From: Kipferlia bialata
Lineage: Eukaryota
Reading direction: 5' to 3'
Assembly (NCBI GenBank): GCA_003568945.1
Contig: BDIP01000033.1
Coordinates: 1 to 40,275 of the forward strand
Length of the DNA: 40,275 nt
Each line of letters begins with the position of its first letter. Position 1 is the stretch's first letter. Made by a program: the position numbers and the translations under genes. The notes under the pieces are model-generated. The model did not search any database and was not told where the DNA came from. It saw only the letters and a program-made list of their open reading frames with translations. This document shows, piece after piece, positions 27,624-40,091 of this stretch.

Positions 27624-30600
27624 AGAGACGGGGCAGAGAGGGGTTGCCATGTCTGGGGTTATGAGTATATAAATATATTGCTATGTATGAGGAGAGAGTT
27701 ACACCAATACCTAGTAAATGACATATAGAAAGTCTAATTGTATATCTATAACATAGAGATATCTTACCTGAGTGACGTGTAGACCTGTGATATGAACCTC
27801 AATTGGTTGACAGCTAGGTCAGGGGACATGCCTAAGTTAGTATATATATATATATATATACATGTATAGAGAGAGAGAGATAGAGAGAGAGAGAGAGCAT
27901 GAGCTGGTTGACAGCTAGGGCGGGGGACATGCTAAGGAATACATAGCATGATTATAGTTAAAGATCAATAATAGGGCATTCGTACCTGTCGGCAGAATGA
28001 GTATCCTAGATATGTATAGATATACATATATACATATACATAGAGAGATACATTCATATAACTATATGTAGACAGACAGGTACAGTACCTGTCGGCAGAA
28101 TGAGTCTCCCAGATATAGATAGACATCCATATACATATACATATATATATATATAAATATATAAAGATACATTCATAAAACAACAGGTATATATATATAT
28201 ATACAATACCTATCGGCAGTATGAGTCTGCCAGACTCTCTCATGAGGGCACACACGTTGGTCTCAATGCCTAGCGTCAAGATAATAAACATGTGAACACT
28301 TATGAATATTACAATATACCCTACCTTGAGAACACATCCTTTCATAAGCAGCACAGCCAAATGGATCAGCAGGTACCAGAGGGAGCATGCACAGACCGAC
28401 AGCAAGGAGGGCAAAGGTGGAGTCGACAGGCTCAGTAGAGCCAGACCCGCAGTGCAGGATGGGACTGACCATGGTCTGGGGGGTGAGGTCCATCATGGAA
28501 TAGTACATACATACACTATCAGTCAATGATAATGTGGAATGGACGTATTTGGCGGTCTATGTCCAGTCCCGATGCATTGGAGTACCCCCATCAGTATCAT
28601 AATCAATATATATAAACTCATATGAACGTATGTATGCAAGCACGTATCTATATGCATGTGTACCTGTCTGTCTATGTCCAGTCCCGATGCATTGGAGTAC
28701 AGGCAGAGCAGGATGACCCTGGATGTGAGATAGGTACTACATGTATATATGTACCTACACATGTATATATATATTATCCATATATACTATAGTAATAGAT
28801 AGCATATATCCTATGCATTGGAGTACAGGCAGAGCAGGATGACCCTGGGGTTAGTAGAGGGTACAGGTATATATGTATATGTGTATAATCACCATATATA
28901 CACTGTAGTGACATGTGGTGTATGTAATGCATTGGAGTACAGGCAGAGCAGGATGACCCTGGGGTTAGAGGGAGAGACACGGATACTACAATAAATACAT
29001 ACTAAAACAATATATATTACACTATGTAACTCTGTTAAATCTAAGCATTTTACCTTGCGAGAGAGGTAAGTGCTTGCGCACTTGTGGCGAGCAGGTCTAT
29101 GTGACATGCCAGGGCATACAGGCAGTCGGCCAGGTCGACAAGTGACATGTACTCAGAGGGGGACTCAAGGACCTGCATTGAGGGGGTAGAGAGAGGGGGA
29201 GGGGAGAGAGACTCATATATATTGCCCGTATATGTACTTATTAATTATTAACACTTAACCTGAGTTATATACTGCACCATGTCCACTAGGAATGTGGCCA
29301 GTTCACTTACTGATAGAATATAGCGTATAAACCACTATACAATATTATACACACAACATATTCATATGTATACGTATATAAACGTGTATATACATAGACA
29401 CGTTACCTGTGTTATGTACTGCACCATGTCCACTAGGAATGTGGCCAGTTCACTCAGGGCAGAGTCGGTGTGGGTGGTGTGTCCATCTCCTTGGCTCATA
29501 CTGTGATTAGGATGACTATGGTAATAATGTTAGATTACTGCAAGTATAGGAAGAATACCAGGATTACAATCTGCATGCCCATACCTGACTCCGTCCCATG
29601 TGCACACTATACTTGTACACATACAGAGTATATATACAACTACATATTAGTATGTATATACTATGGTATAGGTATTAGATGCCCACACCTGACCCCGTCC
29701 CATGTGCCACTGAGTCCACCCCTGGGAGTGAGTAATACATATATACATATATATACATATATATATGAATACTATATGTTTATAGATTTCATATATTAAT
29801 AAAGAAATTGATATCATCAGTTTCATGTCCCACTGAGTCCACCCCTGGGAGTGAGTGAGGTTATGAACAGTAATATACATATATGTAAGTTCATGTTCAT
29901 GCGTAGTACAGTGTATATACCTAATATGCGCCAGTGCATGGCATACCCCCTTGGCTGTATCCACCTTGTCACTGGGTCTCTGGCCAACAGAGTCAAACCT
30001 GTATTGTAAGATGTATAATATATATATATAATGAATATTTGTATATATATAATTGTATACGTATAGACCTTGTCACTGGGCCTCTGGCCAACAGAGTCAA
30101 ACCTGGGTTAACCACGTATGTGACACTTCCATGTAATATAAATAAATATATATATATATAGGGACATTGTCACTGGGCCAGAGGCCCCACAGAGTCAAAC
30201 CTGCAAGGTAACTAATGGGGACAAAGAATACTGCTGAATGCACGATTTATGACACTATACTCTAGAGAACATTACTTTGGTGTGTCTCTAATACATCTTG
30301 TGTCCTACCTCCCGTGTATCTGCAGAACCAGTATATGTGTAAATATATATATTGTATACACAAGTATAAATATATATATATATACCTCCCGTGTATCTTC
30401 AGGATCAGTATCCTCAGCGTATAATAGACACAAACACATATATATATTCAAAAGTACATAGTAGAATATGTATATATATATGCAGATACGGTACCTCCCG
30501 TGTATCTGCAGGACCAGTATCCTCAGGGTGGTGAGTCTGAGTGACAGAGAGGGGGCCATGGAGGGAATCTGGGGTGAGATGTAAAACATATGCATATCAA

Positions 30601-33600
30601 TAGAGAGATACATCGAGAGAGAGAGAGATAGAGAAAGAGAGAGAGAGAGAGGGGGCCATGGAGGGGATCTGGGCTGAGAGAACTACTATATAACTATGTA
30701 TAGAGAGGGGGGGGAAGAGGGGGAGGCAGAGAAAGAGAAAGAGAGGGGGGGGGCCATCGAGGGGATCTGGGGTGAGAAGAAAGAATTATATACTTAGATA
30801 GAGAGATACATCGAGAAAGAGAGAAAGAGAGAGATAGAGTGCGAGAGAGGGGGCCATGGAGGGGATCTGGGGTGAGAGAACTACTAAATAACTATGTATA
30901 GCGAGAGGAAGAGAGAGTGGGGGGGCAGAGAGGGAGCCATGGAAGGGAACTGGGGTGAGAACACAAATAAGAACACAAATATTTCTCACTCATATATGAA
31001 TATGTTAGCTAATAGAGAGACAGAGTTGACTATATGGACATACCTCGTTGACCATCCTGATCAGGACATCGGTGGCAGTCTGTGCCTCTCCATCACCAGG
31101 CACCAATGTAGAGACACCTGCAGTACCCCCAGTTCCTCTAGTCCCTATAGTTCCTATTGTCCCCTTGGCCCCTGCAATTAGGGCTTCAAAAATATAGAGA
31201 TAGAGATAATATAGTAAAAATATTTAGGCAATGTATTATATTTTTGAAGCCCTACCAGCAATATCCCTGAACCCCTCATACACAGGGTGTGATGAGTCAC
31301 ACACGCAGAAGTGCACGTGCGATGGGTCGAGGTGGGTCAGTGCACAGAAGCATGCAGTGTATACCGCTATGGTGTCTAAGGGTGCATCGGCAGCCTCCTG
31401 ACTCAGAGAACCATCTACAGAGGACACACCATGGGTGGATGCGTATCTGTACGTGACACTGGAGAGTATGCTGCGGTAGAGGCTACCCCCAACAGCAGCG
31501 TTGGACTTGGATAGTGACTGGACCAGGGTGAGTAAGGGGGAGAGGGCAGTGAGGGTACTCTGCATGGCGTGTGTCAGTATGGGAGACTCTGTCTCAGACT
31601 CTGTCGATGTCTCAATGCACTGGGATATCATGCCCAGGGTCAGGATACATGCCTAGAGTAAGAATACTAATGTATATAAAAGTACAAAAGATAGTGGATA
31701 TATGACACTGGGATATCATGCCCAGGGTCAGGATGCAGGCCTAAAGGTAAGAGATACAGAGGCAATACAACATGTATATATTGTACTACAAACATCAGTC
31801 ACTTATCATGCCCAGGGTCAGGATGCAGGCCTGGTGGTTACTGAGAAGTATATTGAACTGTCATAATACAATTAATGTGGTAATAGTAATACACACCTTC
31901 TCCACTGCTGGATCCCTCTTTCTCTCTCCCTCTCTCTGTCTCTCTCTCTCTCTATATATATCTATATATACGTATACATACTATGCACTGAAATTACCTT
32001 CTCCACTGCCTCTGGACTCAGCAGGCACTGGATCTCCTTGGTCCCACCCTCCATATCAATGTCCACTGCCATTGTGCTCTGATCCTGGTACATAAGGATA
32101 GACACTCCTTAGATATAGACCATATAGACCATATGTATACCTAATAGACCACATATACCTAATGGACCATATATATTGAGTAAATATGACTATCATGCAT
32201 ACCATGGTGCTCTGTTCCATGGATGAGTCGTCAAGCTGCAGCTCCTTGGCCCTGGCAGCCTTCTCCTGGTACATAAGAATAACAGTTGTTATAGTATAAC
32301 AATATAGTATAGTAACACTAATGTAATAAAGCAATACGACATGAATATAGATCCAGCTCCTTGGCACGGGCAGCCTTCTCCTGATGTATAAGATAAGACA
32401 CCATATATAATTACTACTCTAGTACATGAAATACTAAGAACTATATATATATATAGACTGCTCTAGTTCCTTGGCACGTGCGGCCTTCTCCTGGTACATT
32501 AGGGCCATACCCCATAGGAATATATAGTAATATTATACTAAAGAGAATTGTACATGTTTCTCTGTCATATACACTGTACCTCTCTCTCTGTCAGCTCCAT
32601 GTGGACAAAAGATACACATGATCTAAACATATACATATGTATAATACTATCATTCAAAACCATACCGTTATGATATACATGTATATATACGCAATATACA
32701 CTATAGTTGACCTGTCTCTCTGTCATACATACTATACTATATATACTATATATACTATATATATATACTATACTATATACTATGTATATACTATACTATA
32801 TATACCATATATGTATACTGCACCTGTCTCTCTGTCAGTTCCATGTGGACACACGTGAAGGGATGGCATACTAGTACTACTACAACCACATAATTTATAT
32901 ATATAAATATGTAAGATATGAGTATTGGTTACCTCTCTCTCTGTCAGTTCCATGTGGACACATGTGCCACACGCAGACAGCCTAAGGTGAATATTATATA
33001 TTATATTATTATATATTATTTAATTATATATTATTATTATATATTATATTATTATACACGTGCCACAAGCAGACAGCCTAAGGTAAGTATGATGATATAG
33101 TCTAATAACAACAGAATACAATAGAGATGAACTGTTGTCATACACGATAAACACATGTGCCACACGCAGACAGCCTGAGGTGAATGGGATACAGGAACTA
33201 ACACTACAGTATAATAGAAGTCTGTTCATAGAAGAGAGTCTAATAACCACAGAATACGATGGAGTGAACTATTGTCATATACACCATAAACACAAACATA
33301 CCACAATAGGGAGAAGCTCCTGCTGACTGTGTGTGTTGACACAAGAGATGCCGTAAGAGACAACACCCTGGCCATCTCTCTCGTTGGCATCACTCTCTCT
33401 CCCTCTGCTACCCCTTCTCTCTCTCTCTCTCCTTGCCGACTGGCCCTGACAAAGTCAAACGCTGAGACGCTCTCTCCCTCACCCCCACTAGAGAGGGAGA
33501 GAGAGAGAGAGTCCAGCAGGGACAGGGGCAGGGAGTGCAGAACGTGGAGAATGGCTGGGGTAAGAACAGTGTATAGTCACTTCAGATAGATGTATATGAT

Positions 33601-33637
33601 GTACGATACATGGAGGAAGACAGGGAGTGCTGTTGAT

Positions 33638-33669
<32 letters not shown>

Positions 33670-34105
33670 GCAGAACGTGGAGAATGGCTGGGGTGAGGGT
33701 AGATGCCTGTCTCTACTATATTACATATAAATGTGGGTGGGTGGGTATACATGCCACACCTGGATTGGCCCAGACCTCCACCTTGGCACGTATACGCTCT
33801 CTCTCTCTATAAATATATACAAATATATTCTCTCCTTCTCTAAACGTAGTCATATATATGTGAATGACGTGTATATGTATGAATATACTACACTATATAT
33901 GCCATACCTGGGTTGGCCCAGACCTCAACCTTGGCCAGAGACTGCAGTCCAAACCTAGGGTTAAACTATATATGAACATGTAGTATTAAAAACAACTATA
34001 TGTGAAACCTATGTGTTAGCAAAGAGACACGATACATTCACTTTACGGCCAGTGGAGGAAGTATGATATGTATACATATATTGAAATACAATAGGTGGCT
34101 ATGCA

Positions 34106-34148
<43 letters not shown>

Positions 34149-35007
34149 GCATACCTTGCCACCAATGGGGCAATGCTGGATCCGATGGTAAACTATAGTA
34201 ACATTCAGTTATTATATATAATGTTTATTCAATACAACTACATGTGGGTACCTAGCGACCAATGGAGCAATGCTGGATCCGAATGGAGTGGATGGAGTCC
34301 CTGAAACCTCCCCTTCTCTCCCTTCAGCCTGGTATTAGCAAGTAAAATAGAATAAAGAAGAATGGACTGGATATATTATGAATGGACTGGATATGGACAC
34401 TGTAGCATCTCCAGCTGTCCCTGCAGGCTGACAATGAGTACTAATTGTGTATACAGCTGCATATATTGGGAATGTACTGCATATATTGTGAATGGACTGG
34501 CTGGGGACGACGGGACATCGCCATCTCTCCCTGCAGGCTGGTATTAGCACGTCGAATAGAAGAACTATGTATCAAAATTGCATCAGTGATAGAGTATAGA
34601 TAGCAATTATATACAATTTGAGCTTCTTGTATTCAGGTACATACACGCCAACAGTCCTAGGAGAGACACTCGTATCTCTGATCTATGTTACTATATGATA
34701 TATTAATACAACTAATTACTATATATGTACCTTTGCATTTAGATACAGACATGCCACCAGTCCAAGTAGAGTGGACAGGGAGAGAGAGGACTACTGACAC
34801 GTATACTATGTATTAATATATATATATATATAAATATCTAATTACATGTACCTTTCCATTGAGGTACAAGCATGCCACCAATCCTAGTAGAGTGGACAGG
34901 GAGAGAGAGGCAGAGGAGACAGACTGGGGGGCAGACCCAGACGCTAGAAGCCTGAAAGTGAGACAGGCTATACCTCCACATATATATATATATATATATA
35001 TAGATAG

Positions 35008-35044
<37 letters not shown>

Positions 35045-35952
35045 CAGAGGACACGGACTGGGGGGCAGACCCAGAGGCTAGGAGCCTACGGTTAGACGTA
35101 CAGTATACAGACAGTGTCCCAACATCTTGGTAGTCATATGGTCATATTTGAATACTCATATACTTGCATACACAAAAATACACTGTACCTGTAAGCTGCT
35201 GCGTATAGTGATATGACACTCATCTGGTCCAGTCTCACACCATATACACTAATATATTCATAGAACAATACTATGATTGTATTCAGTGAGTGAATACTAC
35301 CGTATACACTGTACCTGTATGCTGCTGCGTACAGTGATATGACACTCATCTGGTCCACACTTTCACCATACACAATAATACAGCTAGAACTATATATATA
35401 GAATATATACATATAGAACTGAATATTTGCAGTGAAAGAACACTTATGTATATACTGTATGTACCTATATGCTGCTGCGTATAGTGATATGACACTCATT
35501 TGGTCCATATCAGCACAGGGCCAGAACACAGACTGCACGGCCTATGCATAAGTCTTTTACTATATATATATATATATTACTATATATATACTGTATATAT
35601 ACTGTATTTGTATGTACGGAACATGTAGTGTTAGTATGAAACTGGAGCAAGGTCAGAAGACAGACTCGGCTCTAGTGTCAGAAATGATACAAGACAATGT
35701 AATATAGAGACAGGGGAGGACTACATATCCACTTGGTGAATGTGTAACTACTTTACCTCTACTAGTGGCCTAGCAACTGTCAGCAGCCTGAGTCCCTCAG
35801 TGTACTCTGCCGCATGGGGGCTCAGGGGGTCAGCAGCGTCAGCTAGAAGGTAAGGGACAATCGTAGTCAAAGTTTTGAATGGAAATCTTGGATTCTATGG
35901 GTGGTCAGTAGACCAGTATCAGATACGGCTCCTAACAGGTGAGACTGTTATG

Positions 35953-35987
<35 letters not shown>

Positions 35988-38900
35988 GATAAGCTCTGTG
36001 CCATAGGATCTGAAGATCGGGTATCTGAAGATACAGATGAATAGTACCAGACATAGTAGAAATCAGGTACATGCACAATATATATGCATACATATGTATA
36101 TATATAACTATACCTTCCTCTGTTGCTACTGGCATTGGCTGCCTTCTGATCAGAACAGACATGCCCTCTAGCCACGGGATGACTGGGATTTAGTATATAA
36201 ATAGACAAGTATATGACTATATATATATATATATATACTTAGCGAACTATGAGCAGACATGCCCTCTAGCCACGAGATGACTGGGAGTACGGGAGAGAGT
36301 ATAGAGACCTGTATATATATATATATATATACGGAGTGAAGTAAGATCAGACATGCCCTCTAGCCACGGGATGACTGGGATTTAGTATAGAAAGAGAGAC
36401 GTATATGGATATATAGACGGAGTGAAAAATGCTGACATGCCCTCTCGCCAGCGGATGACTGACAGTTAGTATACACAGTAGTATACATATACACATGCCA
36501 GGAATGTATACTGGGAGAATGGGTTGCATACCTGCATGGAGGTTATTATATAGATGCACTGTATATGGATATGCACACTATTGGTATACTGTATATACTA
36601 CCCTACCTGTCTGGATGTTGTTCTTGCCCCCTGACAGCACTAGGAGAGCACCCAACTCCATGAGGACCTATTGGGTGAGAGATAGAGGCATACATCGTCG
36701 TATTTACGATAATTAGCAATATATGAATGGGTATACCTCCTCTATGTACCCCTGTGTGTGGCAGTACCCAAGGTGTATATATATACTGATACATACAACA
36801 ATGAATATATACATACATACTCATACATATACACACCTCCTCCCTGTACCCCTGTGTGTGGCAGTACTCACTGTGACCAGACATCTGCTCTCGGGGGTCC
36901 TCGGGTAAGACAGACACATATATGATAAGACAGACACATGTACTAAATAAACACTAAGACATAGGGACAATATAGGGGAAAGGGTGACACATCCATAATA
37001 TACACAAATAATTACAATCATATATATATACATATTGAGAGAGAGAGAGAGAGGGAGTGGGAGAGTATATACACCTTTGTCACCACCCTGGCAGGAGGGC
37101 GAGAACATATATAGTAAAAATGTCCACTTGAATACATATATGGACAGAGAGAGAGAGAGAGAGAGAGAGAACATATACATGCCTTTGGAACTACTCTGGC
37201 AGGAGGCAGGTCCCCGACAATCATAGACAGACCGGCCTGGAATTAGGGGTGTAGAAGGAGAGAGAGAGATACATTGTGTATATATATATATACCAAAACA
37301 CCCTGATAACACATATGAGAGAAAGAGAGAACTTCAACGTGTCAGTAAGTGGTGCAGTGTGGGGCACACTCATCAGACTATATATATATATATATATATA
37401 ACAATAATACAATAATATATGTAATACATATCCCAGATTCCTCAGATGGCAATGATAGACTGAGTGACAAGGCTAGGCATGCTAGTAATGGTGCAGTGTG
37501 GGGGGCACACTCCTCAGACTATATATACATATATATACATATAATAATATATATATGTATATATAATATAAGATGTATAACATACCCCTGACTCCTCAGT
37601 TGGCAGGGATAGACTAAGTGACAGTGCTAGGCATGCCAACAGGGGTGCAGTGTGGGGGGCACACTCCTCAGACTATATATATATATATATATATATATAA
37701 TAATAATATATAAATATGTATGTATATATATAATAATACATATATAACATACCCCAGACTCCTCTGTATGGAGTGACAAGCTTAGGGATAAGGCTAGGCA
37801 TGCTAGTAATGGTGCAGTGTGGGGGGCACACTCCTCGGGCAGTCTGCCAGCCAGGAGGTCACCACCTTTAAGGTTCCTAAGGGTTAGTCTAAAATAGTCT
37901 GAAAGTGTATGTGATATATATAAATATATATATATACTCCTCGGGCAGTCTGCCAGCAAGGAGGTCACCTCATTTCAGATTCCTAAGAGTGTAAGAATCA
38001 TTAATATCTCTTATACCATATTCACAATAGCTACCTTGGCGACTTGAGCACTGCCTCCCGTGGGAGTATGAGAGGGTCGAGTAGAGCATATGTAATATAC
38101 TGTACACACAATATATATATATATACCTAGGTAACTTAAGTACTGCCTCCCTTGGCAGTATGACAGGGTCCAGTAGGGCATCCTCCCCCTTGACAGTGCG
38201 GATGGCAAGGTCTAAGGGGTAAGGAAGGATATATAGTACTTAATAAGTACATATATAGTATATATATATAGTACATATATATATGTGCGCAAATATATAT
38301 TTCAATTGAAGGGCATCCTCCCCCTTGACAGTGCGGATGGCTAGGGCTACAGTTAATGGTATATATAATATATATTATACATGTATATATAGCTAGGTCT
38401 AGAGAGTGAGAAAGGATGTATAGTATATATAATACATATACATATATATGCGTGTGTGTAAATATATATATATATATGTATTGAAGGGCATCCTCCCCCT
38501 TGACAGTGCGGATGGCTAGGTCTAGAGAGTAAGAGAGGATATATAGTATTTAATAAGTACAAATTATAGCATATATACGGTACATATATATATGTGCGCA
38601 AAAGTATATATATATAAGGGCATCCTCCCCCTTGACAGTGCGGATGGCAAGGTCTAGAGAGTGAGGGGAGATGGTATATGTATCAGGACATTCAGATGTG
38701 GAAAACTGTGAGTGGTTGGGTGTAGGTGCAACATATGCGTTCCCTTGACAGTGTGGGTGGTCAGAGGTATGATATCAATGGAATGTATCCATGTATACTG
38801 TCAATACCACCATATATACTGTGAACACTACTACTATTACTATACTGTGACCACATGGTCATACCTCTGAGTGCCCTGATGAGTATGACAGGGGGTATGT

Positions 38901-39331
38901 CCATGGCAGACACAAGGACCTGGGTAAGAGATATGAATAGATAACAATAATACATTATGGTATCAATATATATATATATATATTGATAAATATATACATA
39001 ATGTACGTAGTGTGACTGGGGGTATGTCCATGGAAGACACAAGGACCTGGGGTAAGAGATACATACGAATAGATACATGTACATGTATTTGAATAGATGT
39101 AAATGTATATATTTGTATATACTGGGTATGTCTATGACAGATTCTAGGGTCTGAAGGGTGAGAGAGTGGCATATACAACTGAATACTATGTTAAACAGCT
39201 ATTTACACATATCAATACACTATATAGATACATATATACTATAGAGATACATATATGTATACACTACCTTACACGCCTCGACCTCTTGGGTGAAGTCACA
39301 CTCTATAGTATCGCATCCTACGATACCCATA

Positions 39332-39374
<43 letters not shown>

Positions 39375-40091
39375 GGTGTGGGTGTGTGGGGGTGTACCTT
39401 GCACGCCTCGACCTCTTGGGTGAAGTCACCCGGTCCAGACAGGGCAGAGGTATTAGACAGACGGCCTAGAATGAGAAGTATACATCAATATATATATATA
39501 TATATATATACGTGTGTAGAGGGAGAGAGAGAATACTGGACCCGACAGGGCGGAGGTATTAGACAGACGGCCTAGAATGAGATACATATGCATAGAGAGA
39601 GAGAGAGTAGGACTAGAGTGAGACTAATACTATATAGACACTGGTCCAGACAGGGCAGAGAGAGAGAGTTGGAGAGACGGCCTGGGATCAATACTATACA
39701 GGCACACACACACTACTTCTATATACTTGTCAGCCAGTAGGGAGAGAAATACTATGGTATATATATATATACCATAATAGTGAATACTATATGATATGCC
39801 TGCGAATAGCAATGCCCTTGCCACATACTTGTCAGCCAGGAGGGAGGGCAGCGTGGTCACAAGCCTAGGGTGAATGACCCCAGAATCCAGGGTGGATAGA
39901 AACAAAGAGAGAGAAAGAGAGAACTATAGAGAGGAATGGGCGTGATATACGAGAAGAGAGGTGGGTCAGAATAGGACTCGAGTGTAAATTATTATACCTT
40001 CTGAACAGTGTTGGACTGCACTTGATGATCCTCCTGACATTCTGCTCGATGGAGAGGAGGTTGTTGGCATAGACACTCTCCTGGAGACCAC
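13302..40091 (-). CDS. 5' portion (62 exons, 5'-incomplete) of a very large multi-exon gene; helical-repeat-like hypothetical protein, possibly the N-terminal HEAT region of a PIKK
   Basis: Hand-spliced exons with matching phases and no in-frame stops, in transcript order: 39998-40091, 39800-39864, 39398-39465, 38865-38919, 38127-38211, 37753-37876, 37183-37236, 36837-36899, 36607-36667, 36114-36182, 35757-35842, 35465-35541, 34852-34951, 34252-34328, 33908-33954, 33302-33554, 32933-32981, 32203-32265, 31998-32084, 31256-31652, 31044-31171, 30495-30568, 29921-29998, 29689-29721, 29407-29500, 29054-29172, 28664-28718, 28325-28475, 28210-28269, 27768-27831, 27465-27547, 26894-26956, 26622-26689, 25828-25912, 25580-25643, 24892-25052, 24312-24406, 23618-23692, 23383-23432, 22830-22917, 22644-22690, 22187-22273, 21633-21747, 21245-21300, 20661-20764, 20406-20485, 19848-19905, 19337-19426, 18966-19029, 18562-18624, 17982-18076, 17559-17638, 16853-16929, 16497-16581, 16287-16366, 15918-16014, 15601-15657, 15307-15405, 14903-14967, 14040-14171, 13608-13709, 13302-13382. 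Exons are GC-balanced islands in AT-rich introns; synonymous variation in intronic copies independently confirms the frame. Product identity is inference. Confidence 0.85.
14140..14726 (-). repeat. Array of acceptor-side half-exon copies of exon 14040-14171
   Basis: CATGTCGACATCACCAGAGGT.G..GCACTG..GTTAG recurs five times between 14259 and 14726. Confidence 0.85.
23660..24147 (-). repeat. Array of five acceptor-side half-exon copies of exon 23618-23692, separated by (GA)n
   Basis: Unit GGATGGGRACCCAGTTGACATTGTTCT plus acceptor/branch motif repeated near 23775, 23840, 23955, 24040, 24115. Confidence 0.9.
31179..31254. mobile_element. 76-bp non-autonomous TIR element (hAT-like MITE / Introner) forming an 84-nt spliceosomal intron
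   Basis: Perfect 18-bp inverted repeats TAGGGCTTCAAAAATATA (31179-31196) and TATATTTTTGAAGCCCTA (31237-31254). Flanking 8-bp direct repeats CCTGCAAT (31171-31178) and CCAGCAAT (31255-31262), 7/8 identical. An 8-bp TSD and YAGGG termini are typical of the hAT superfamily. Confidence 0.8.
31256..31652 (-). CDS. Largest internal exon (397 nt) of the minus-strand gene
   Basis: Acceptor CTTACTCTAG; open frame ACILTLGMISQCIETS...YEGFRDIA; GT donor at 31254-31255; overlaps ORF 31236..31631. Confidence 0.9.
33302..33554 (-). CDS. Internal exon (253 nt) with SL/ER low-complexity patches
   Basis: Acceptor CTTACCCCAG; reads ILHVLHSLPLSLLDSLSLSLSSGGEGESVSAFDFVRASRQGEREREG...; GTATG donor. Confidence 0.85.
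33639..33669. repeat. (GATT)n tetranucleotide microsatellite
   Basis: About seven tandem GATT units in an intron. Confidence 0.9.
38175..38755 (-). repeat. Array of acceptor-side half-exon copies of exon 38127-38211
   Basis: AGGGCATCCTCCCCCTTGACAGTGCGGATGGC recurs near 38310, 38485, 38618 plus a remnant near 38742. Confidence 0.85.

Noticed and set aside
31236..31631. Stand-alone 131-aa gene or terminal exon followed by a terminator hairpin
   Set aside because: A GT donor at 31254-31255 splices in phase to exon 31044-31171; the stop codon and hairpin belong to the TIR element.
37586..37990. Half-exon copies as ordinary mutually exclusive exons
   Set aside because: Donor-side copies lack a branch/acceptor motif, splicing the 5'-half copy to the 3'-half copies shifts the frame, and the 5'-half copy near 37960 contains TGA.
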